A DNA stretch of 63,919 nucleotides, counting the filler, from Craspedostauros australis (taxonomy: Eukaryota): NCBI GenBank assembly GCA_030167865.1. It is 7 parts of 7 records of this genome, joined end to end, with 100 filler letters (N's around TTAATTAATTAA, not from the genome) between each part and the next. Parts side by side here need not be neighbours in the genome. Positions count along the whole stretch, not along the records: positions 1 to 2,932 come from JALAGF010001738.1; positions 3,033 to 10,003 come from JALAGF010001739.1; 5 more parts are not named here. One strand, given 5' to 3'. Below the pieces are notes generated by a model. It saw nothing but the letters and a program-made list of their open reading frames with translations, had not been told where the DNA came from and searched no databases. Of the stretch, positions 1 through 7,247 are shown piece after piece; the stretch's first letter is position 1, and the number at the start of each line of letters is the position of its first letter. A program made the translations under genes and the position numbers.

Positions 1-322
1 TCGACGAAAGTACTCAGGATTAGGTGAAAGTACTGTTTCGATGAATAACCGAAATAACGGTTATTACCTATTATTTAACGTCCTAAATGGTGTCAACATG
101 GTTTGACTAATCAGAATAAGACATTGGTGCACAAATGCCACGTCAGCATTGACATTCTCGGACGTTTCTTCGATCGTTTCGTCGAAATTCCCGTGTCTTG
201 CTGCGCATCAAGTGTACACGCTTGACACATGCTGCTGCGCAGAAAGGATGGTACGTGTGGAGTACGGTACGCATCGTTGAAGGAAGAGAGAGAGAGAGAG
301 AGAGCGATGAACGAAAGCACAT

Positions 323-2184
323 GTGGCAACAGCGGCAGTAGCGGCGGCAGCAGCAAGGACAATGGCAAAGACAAGAGGAAAGCCAAAAGGGAGCAAGCAA
401 AGTGCAAAGGTCAATCGGAATGTGGCGATTCCGAGAGCTGACATCGAACGCAACAGAGGCGCAGACGATGATCCTTCTTTGCAGCCGTTGCAAGACATGC
501 CATTCGCAAGAGCCCTGAGAGAATATTCTGCATCCCACAGCGATGGTGATGGTGTTGGCGATACTCGGAACGATGAATGCACACGAGTATTGGAAGCGAG
601 ATTTGAAGTCATCATCGATGCCGTGGAGGCAAGAGCAAGGAGTGGCACCGTGGACCCGTCACCGAACTGCACCAAGAAATTCAAGCTCACAACCTTGCGG
701 CAAACATTGGGCGAAGTGTACACCGGTGGTCGTTCCACGCCCGTGTACGCGCTCAGCTTTCAGCATGTCACAGCCTCGGATGGGGACGAGTCGCTGGTGG
801 ATGAGCAAGGAATGGTGGGCGGATGCGAAACGGGTGAGCATCGTATCATTGCGAAATTGATCTTGCAGAACATCGGCAAGGGGACCAATGCTGTGGATGC
901 CACAAGCCATGTCTGCGATATCCGAAATCCCCGATTCATCGACTACGCCATGAGGGTGAGATCGTACGATGTGGAGGCTAATTTCTACGGCCGTGGATTT
1001 GCGTCAGGCAAGCCTTGTCCCGCCAGAGCAGCATCACGTGCGGGATTGGCCATTCCAACACTGCTGGCGATCGTGCTCACGCCGACGGACTAGCAGCAAT
1101 ACCGAAGACATCCACGGCGACCGGCACCAACAATGGTAGCCAAGGAAGCAAGAGCCCATCGGATATAACCTTTGCAGGAGTATGCTTCATCATGTGTGAT
1201 CTGCAAACCACGCACCCAGTCCATCCAGATGTTCTATCCATCCCGCAAGCCAAATCCGCCCTAGCTTGGCTGGCCAAGTTCCACGCCAGGTTCTGGGAAG
1301 CCCCAAAGCTGACGAACGAATGGCCCGGCCAACTGGTGTGGGAGGAGGGGACGTTCTGAGCCGTACAGTACCGTCTCAAGCAGCAGTACTTCCCGAACAC
1401 ATACGCCAATGATTTCGAGTCCGCATGGAATCGAACGTTGCGATGGATGGCGGCACAGCGCAAGCTTCCGGAAGCAGTTCATCTGTGCTCGAGAGAATCA
1501 ATCCGTCTGTTCGGACGTCGCTTGAAGCGCGTCATACCTGTCATCTTTGAGGAGCTGCACCCTGCCCAATCAGCATCATCGATCTATACCAACCTCTCTC
1601 CAGTGGTATACAACGCAGCAGCAGCAGCCGCCGCAAAAGGCGAGCGCAAGGACAAGTGCGACAGTAACCACGGCTTCCGGAGACCGCGCAGTTATGTAAC
1701 ATTGGTGCATGGCGACTTCAAGGCCGCCAACATGTTCTTCGTGCCAGGCGTGGATGGAGACGATGCGTGCAACGATTCCGATTCCTGTGCAGTCTGCGAT
1801 TTGCAATTCACAGGTCCCAGACTCGGCGTGTGCGATGTTGCCTACTTGCTATTCCCGGACCCGAGGGTCTCGTATCTCGATGTCGAGCACGAATTGCTCT
1901 GTTGGTACTACGACAAACTGCAGAGCCAATGGATCGCCATGGACAAGGGATGCGATTTAGGCGAGACCTATCCGCGAGCACTGATGGAATGGCATTATCG
2001 TTTGGCGCAGATGGAATTCCTGGGGTACATGTTCACGAAGGGATGGGTTGCATCGTCCGCAAACGATGTCGAACTATTGCAAAGGTTGGATGAGTTGTTG
2101 TGCAAGCTGGATGGAGGAGAGTTGCTGGGAAGCAGCAACGAATATGCCCAGGCGCTGGCGACTGCATTAGTATCCTTCCGATGA
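323..2184 (+). pseudogene. Ecdysteroid-kinase-like / APH-choline kinase superfamily phosphotransferase, disrupted by one frameshift and one in-frame TGA
   Basis: Three consecutive ORF pieces (323-1093, 1015-1359, 1438-2184) build one kinase: 'SYDVEANFY', 'LAWLAKFHARFW', Brenner motif 'LVHGDFKAANMFF', 'VCDLQFTG..GVCDVAYLL'. Frame change near 1050-1090; TGA at 1357-1359 in WEEGTF*. Confidence 0.7.
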
Positions 2185-2932
2185 TGTCCCGAGGAGTGGA
2201 GCAAGTTGGTATTGGATTGAGCAGGATCGCAGTGGAGCAAATTGGAGCGCAACGGAGAGACTGTGGCTGTGGTTGTAATCGTGTTCCATTATTTACCCCC
2301 GCTTGATGCAGAGGGTACTGCCTTCGCTTGTGCCGATGTTCGTGCACAGGGTGTGCCCGAGTTGGCAAAACAGCACGAGCATGTGTGCTCTCCATGCAGT
2401 ATGCGTACTATTGCAATACGAGGCCATGTGAATTGTGTCAAGTGTCTGGTTGGATCATGCTTTGCCGACAACAGCGTCCGAGGCTACGGTGGCAGATTCC
2501 ACCTTCATGAGGATTGTTCAGAATGCGGGTTGGATCGCGCCGCACCATTTAGTACTCTATCATGCTTCGATCTCACACTTCACTTTGATCGGCTGTATCG
2601 GAGAGTTCCAATGGAGCACCGGCGCAGTGTCTGCCTGGTTTCATTGTTGTCGTTGCGTCCTCAGCCTGCCAGTATCCAATGGTCTCCAGGGAGAGAGCCC
2701 TCAACAATAGATGGTACTATGACTACTTCATTGATCGATAGGTGTTGTTGCAATGAGAGAGGATCCTGCTTCGTGGACGGAACCGCAGGTGTCTTCCACT
2801 TTGGGAATAAGAACGTTGCGGAACACGAGCAGAACGTCGGGAACATGAACGGAACGCAAGTTTTCGGCGTTCTGTCCTCCTTGGCCAACAGGAGAAGGCC
2901 CAAGCCGAACCCAGAATGCTCGTCGATCCTGG

Positions 2933-3032
2933 NNNNNNNNNNNNNNNNNNNNNNNNNNNNNNNNNNNNNNNNNNNNTTAATTAATTAANNNNNNNNNNNN
3001 NNNNNNNNNNNNNNNNNNNNNNNNNNNNNNNN
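2933..3032. other. Artificial contig spacer (N-run with TTAATTAATTAA)
   Basis: 100 nt, N44-TTAATTAATTAA-N44; the core gives stop codons in all six frames. The same spacer recurs six times. Confidence 0.95.
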
Positions 3033-5141
3033 GAATGCAACTTCGATGCGGTGTATCTCATCTCGGATGCGGGTGGAGCGTGTCCAAAGAGAAGCGACGG
3101 CAGTCCAACGGGCGAGAGGGTGGATGAGTTCTGCGTGGGCAAAGCCACGCTTCCAACAGACTGTCCCACGTTCTCTCCAACTCCGTTCCCCACACCTCTT
3201 GCATCATCCAATCCAAGCCAGGTTCCGTCAGAGGTCCCGTCTCAGGGTCCCAGCTCAATTCCTTCCGAGGATCCCTCTCAGGCTCCGTCAAGCCTCCCGT
3301 CTGCAATGCCTTCCAGTCTGCCATCGGATCTACCATCGGAATCACCTTCAGATATTCCATCTGAGATTCCGTCCGATCTTCCGTCTGAGGTTCCGTCCGA
3401 AATGCCGTCAGATCTACCATCAGGCTTGCCGTCTAGTGGACCATCAAGCCTCCCGTCTGAGATACCGTCCGATCTGCCATCTGAGATGCCGTCGGACCTA
3501 CCATCAAGTGTTCCGTCCGATCTACCATCAAGTCTTCCTTCCGAGCTGCCGTCCGATCTCCCATCAGATCTTCCATCGAGTCAGCCTTCGGATATGCCTT
3601 CCGAGCTGCCATCAGACATTCCGTCAAGATTGCCGTCCGAGTTGCCGTCGGACTTGCCGTCAGATCTACCATCAAGTGTTCCGTCCGATCTACCATCAAG
3701 TCTTCCTTCCGAGATGCCGTCCGATCTCCCTTCAGATCTCCCATCGAGCCAGCCTTCGGGTATGCCATCTGAGCTCCCATCATATGTACCGTCAGATCTA
3801 CCATCAGACCTTCCGTCAGGATTGCCGTCCGAGCTGCCGTCGGACCTGCCTTCGGACTTACCGTCTGATGTACCATCTGATCTACCGTCCGAGCTTCCGT
3901 CCGATTTACCATCAGATCTTCCATCGAGTCAGCCTTCGGGTATGCCATCTGAGCTCCCATCAGATCTACCGTCCGAGCTTCCATCAGACTTTCCGTCAGG
4001 ATTGCCGTCGGATCTGCCGTCAGATCTACCATCAAGCTTGCCTTCGGGCTTGCCGTCAGATCTACCATCGGACCTTCCGTCAGATCTGCCGTCCGATCTG
4101 CCATCTGAGCTTCCATCCGAGCTGCCGTCCGATCTACCATCAAACTCCCCGTCTGAGATACCGTCAGACCAACCGTCCGAGCTGCCATCCGAGATCCCGT
4201 CGGACCTACCATCAAGTCTTCCTTCCGAGCTGCCGTCCGATCTACCATCAGATTTTCCGTCGAGTCAGCCTTCGGGTATGCCATCAGATCTTCCGTCAGG
4301 ATTGCCGTCTGAGACACCGTCCGATCTGCCTTCGGGCTTACCGTCAGATCTACCATCAAGCTTGCCGTCGGGTCTGCCCTCGGACCTGCCCTCGGACCTG
4401 CCATCTGATCTACCATCAGGTCTCCCATCTCGGATGCCGTCGGAAGTTCCATCAGATTTACCGTCAGACCAACCATCTGGTCTGCCGTCCCATCTGCCGT
4501 CCAGTTTACCATCATTCCTACCATCCATGACGCCGTCAGATCTTCCATCCGATTTTCCATCCATATCACCGTCCGGTATTCCTTCTCAACTTCCATCCGA
4601 TGCCCCATCTGGTCTACCGTCTGTTTCTAGCCTTCCGTCCGATATGCCATCATCAATGCCAACGCGAATAGTTATGTTGAAGGTTGGATGTCTTTCAACG
4701 CCCGGAGATGTCAATTCAACATTCAATGAAGTTCCAGGAATGGTCACTTGTGGTGCTTCTGAAGGTTTGTGTGCAGATTTTGTCACTGCAGTTGAGGCCT
4801 TGGATCCCAAACAGAGTCTATTGGTCAGGAGCATCATTGGGTGCAATGGTGCTTCACCTCCTGGAGCCAATACACCCGCTGTTGCTCAGGCTTTCTTCAC
4901 ATCCACTTCCAACTATCGAGCCTTGCACCGGGCTGTATTCAAAGCTCTCGCCAGCAACCGCTTGGTGTTCGCAGGCAGCGCAAGCGAGGTAAGGGCGGCT
5001 TGCAATGGGAGATGCTGCGTCGGAACCTATTCTTGTGTCACCAATCCACCGAATGAAATTCTTTACGCGGAGGAAGGGGCATGCATTGGGAACTTTGCTT
5101 GCCCAATCGTGTTCCCAAGGGGATATCTCCATAAGCGGTAA
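3033..5141 (+). CDS. 5'-truncated extracellular/cell-surface protein with long P-S-x-x tetrapeptide stalk and Cys-rich flanking domains
   Basis: Open from the contig edge (ECNFDAVYL...). Cys-containing segment, about 120 PS(D/E/S/G)(L/M/V) units, then a Cys-rich C-terminal region (CNGRCCVGTYSC...GACIGNFAC). PSxx stalks are common in diatom secreted proteins. Confidence 0.75.
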   Translation, partial: ECNFDAVYLISDAGGACPKRSDGSPTGERVDEFCVGKATLPTDCPTFSPTPFPTPLASSNPSQVPSEVPSQGPSSIPSEDPSQAPSSLPSAMPSSLPSDLPSESPSDIPSEIPSDLPSEVPSEMPSDLPSGLPSSGPSSLPSEIPSDLPSEMPSDLPSSVPSDLPSSLPSELPSDLPSDLPSSQPSDMPSELPSDIPSRLPSELPSDLPSDLPSSVPSDLPSSLPSEMPSDLPSDLPSSQPSGMPSELPSYVPSDLPSDLPSGLPSELPSDLPSDLPSDVPSDLPSELPSDLPSDLPSSQPSGMPSELPSDLPSELPSDFPSGLPSDLPSDLPSSLPSGLPSDLPSDLPSDLPSDLPSELPSELPSDLPSNSPSEIPSDQPSELPSEIPSDLPSSLPSELPSDLPSDFPSSQPSGMPSDLPSGLPSETPSDLPSGLPSDLPSSLPSGLPSDLPSDLPSDLPSGLPSRMPSEVPSDLPSDQPSGLPSHLPSSLPSFLPSMTPSDLPSDFPSISPSGIPSQLPSDAPSGLPSVSSLPSDMPSSMPTRIVMLKVGCLSTPGDVNSTFNEVPGMVTCGASEGLCADFVTAVEALDPKQSLLVRSIIGCNGASPPGANTPAVAQAFFTSTSNYRALHRAVFKALASNRLVFAGSASEVRAACNGRCCVGTYSCVTNPPNEILYAEEGACIGNFACPIVFPRGYLHKR
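3213..4661 (+). repeat. Coding 12-bp minisatellite (CCxTCxGAxCTx-like) with higher-order blocks
   Basis: 12-nt periodicity visible throughout; block CCATCAAGTGTTCCGTCCGATCTACCATCAAGTCTTCCTTCCGAG recurs at 3501 and 3669 (168 bp apart). Confidence 0.95.
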
Positions 5142-5403
5142 ATGGGTTTAGCCGTTTCAATATTTTCAATAGTAATGCTTGGAGTACTTACGGCAATAGC
5201 TGCGTTCTTGTCAGCACCGTCCGGTACTTGGATTAGTCATGGATAAATACGACGGACAGACCGTCCATGGCACTCAATGACGTTTCCAATCGAGTCCCGC
5301 GTAACCAAGCTTCGTGCTGAAGCAATAATTGAATTTGTGTAGACGTTATATTAGCGTTACACGTGTCAGTCTGTTTCCATGTCAGAGAGCACGGCTGGCG
5401 TGC

Positions 5404-5525
5404 TTCAGCTTGATTCAGAATCTGGCTCGGATTCAGACTTTCAGAACGGGTTCAGACTATCAGAACGGATTCAGAATCGAGCCAGAACTTCAGATCTTCA
5501 GAATTTTTCCATTCTGATTCTGAAT
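5404..5525. repeat. Cluster of short (T)TCAGA motifs, direct then inverted
   Basis: About 8 TCAGA copies at irregular spacing in 5413-5502, followed by inverted TCTGA copies at about 5513-5523. Confidence 0.6.
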
Positions 5526-5797
5526 CGAGAGTGTCCCTCCGAGTGATCCCTGTGGGGGCTTTGTCGCAGAGACACACACGTTTCCTTCTGTCTGTTGGCT
5601 TGTCCGGGCGTATGATGCCCAATCGCATTGTTCACCCATGCAGATACACGAGTGCTCTACTGTACACAAACACAAACACAGAGAGAGTAACAGCCAAAAT
5701 ACTGGGTGCGACATCAACAACATGACCACAAGTAGAAACATCTTGGCGCCAGAAAAGATATTGTTGACAATGTGACAATGACGGCTAGTATGGTAAT

Positions 5798-6367
5798 CTA
5801 CTCAGTATTCTGTTCTTGGTTGACTGCGCGTGCTGCGCTGAGGAGTTGTTCGTGCATCGCCTTCCTATTCTCCTCCTCGATTTTGCGTCGCTGTAACCAG
5901 TACGTCGTTGCCATCTTGCTTCGCTTGAGTTGATAAATGTGATCGCGAAGTTGCTTCAGCGTGAACTGGTGGTACACAACATTGGACTCATAGAGATCGT
6001 TGGGCTTCTTGGCAAGGTGCAGACCCTCATCAAAGTCAGTCGCCAGCTGTGCCTCTGCATTTGATCCTTTCCATTGAGGGCGAGTGTGCGCAATTGGTGG
6101 AAGGGCCTTGAATCGTTCGAAAGCCTGGGCATCAGCTTGTGCACGTTGCTTTTGTTCATCGCATGCCTTGCGAAGAGTTCGAAGATTGGCACGGAAGTTG
6201 ACATAGTTGATTTGCTTGTATTCGACTCGCAGTTCATAGACAGCACGAGGTTTCATTAATAGAGCCCAAACATAATGGCTGTTGTCTTGTTGGCTGTTGA
6301 TAGCTTTGGGCAGAGGCTTGATTGACAAGCAGTCCAAACGAGAGTCTTCTGTTCCACAAGTAGTCAA
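5798..6367 (-). CDS. Hypothetical protein with an internally duplicated P-x2-(V/L)Y-x4-Y-x6-(F/L)R motif; start uncertain
   Basis: 189-aa ORF; 'PRAVYELRVEYKQINYVNFRANLRTL' aligns with 'PNDLYESNVVYHQFTLKQLRDHIYQL'; W-x2-S-x-A-x3-L-x2-D precedes the second copy. Starts at TTG in the ORF track. Confidence 0.55.
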   Translation of the reverse strand: MTTCGTEDSRLDCLSIKPLPKAINSQQDNSHYVWALLMKPRAVYELRVEYKQINYVNFRANLRTLRKACDEQKQRAQADAQAFERFKALPPIAHTRPQWKGSNAEAQLATDFDEGLHLAKKPNDLYESNVVYHQFTLKQLRDHIYQLKRSKMATTYWLQRRKIEEENRKAMHEQLLSAARAVNQEQNTE

Positions 6368-6412
6368 TTGAGAATACTGGTAGATGGTGAAGAAATGTGC
6401 GGATTATGAGAT

Positions 6413-6783
6413 TAGTGCTATAGTTCTTCCCTGCAGGGAGGGTCTCCTGTGATGTCCTGAGTGACAGTGTGTATGGGCTGTGTAGCCTGAGTACCGTGGG
6501 TCAAGATCCCTTGGCTGTGTTCCATGAGAGACAAGGGGCGATGATGTGCGTTGCTGGGGCACTGTTTCCCTGTGTCGGCGTTTTGGCGATGGTGGGTGTC
6601 AGTGGCTCGGTTATTGGAACCCTTCTGGTTCCTTGACACAGGTTCCAAAGATCTGCTTCAATGTTCTGGATCTGTCCCCAAATGTGGGGGCCAGTGAAGT
6701 ATTCTTCCGATCTACTCGAATGCTGACGAGTCGGGCGATTCGTAGTCTCTCTCTCTAAGGTGGGTACTAGTTTAGCTCTATTA
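6413..6783 (-). repeat. Putative 3' LTR (about 371 bp; TAATAG...TAGCACTA)
   Basis: Begins immediately after the PPT. The far boundary is inferred from TAGCACTA, which also marks the inferred LTR end of the family B element at 62724-62731. Confidence 0.55.
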
Positions 6784-6797
6784 CTCCCCTTCATCTC
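6784..6797 (-). other. Polypurine tract (GAGATGAAGGGGAG)
   Basis: Minus-strand purine-rich run ending in AAGGGGAG, about 85-100 nt after the last ORF of the element. Confidence 0.7.
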
Positions 6798-7247
6798 ACG
6801 TTGAAACGTGAGTTGACTGAAAGCAAGAAAGCTAACCATAGTGTGGTTCGTTCCGCCGCCCAAGATGGCAGCGAGCGGGCTTCATTCGGACTGTTCGTTG
6901 TCGTCGTCATAGCCGCAGCCTTGGTGGCGGTTGGTGGACATGTGTTCCAATGCCTTGTTCAGCAAGGAGGTGATGCTGACCTGTTGGATGTGGTTGATGT
7001 GATCAAGTCCTCCGCGAAAAAGGACTTCGGCGAGAGCTTGGATGGCCGGGATTGTCCTGTTGTCGGTTTGAAGGACAGCCCTGATCTGAGCTGTGGGGTC
7101 GGGAGGCATCTGGAAGATGGATGGTTGCCCCATCGTTGGTCCTTGGTTGCTGGACATGATGTAGCCGGACCAAAGACGTCGGGGAGACAGATATGCGATC
7201 ATTGGTCAGGGCTCCATCCATGCCTTCTTTCTCACGTTGCTGATCTC

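Noticed and set aside
1..70. Short inverted repeat AATAACCG/CGGTTATT (44-65) and repeated GAAAGTACT
   Set aside because: Too short and cut by the window edge to call a TE end or regulatory hairpin.
1357..1359. TGA as selenocysteine or an alternative genetic code
   Set aside because: The position fits Trp rather than Cys, no SECIS is evident, a frameshift also disrupts the gene, and TGA is a normal stop in neighbouring genes (AP4S1, XDH, DODA).
3046..4608. Long alternative-frame and antisense ORFs over the 12-bp repeat, and its superficial CRISPR-like regularity
   Set aside because: By-products of a stop-poor coding minisatellite; there are no unique spacers and no cas genes.
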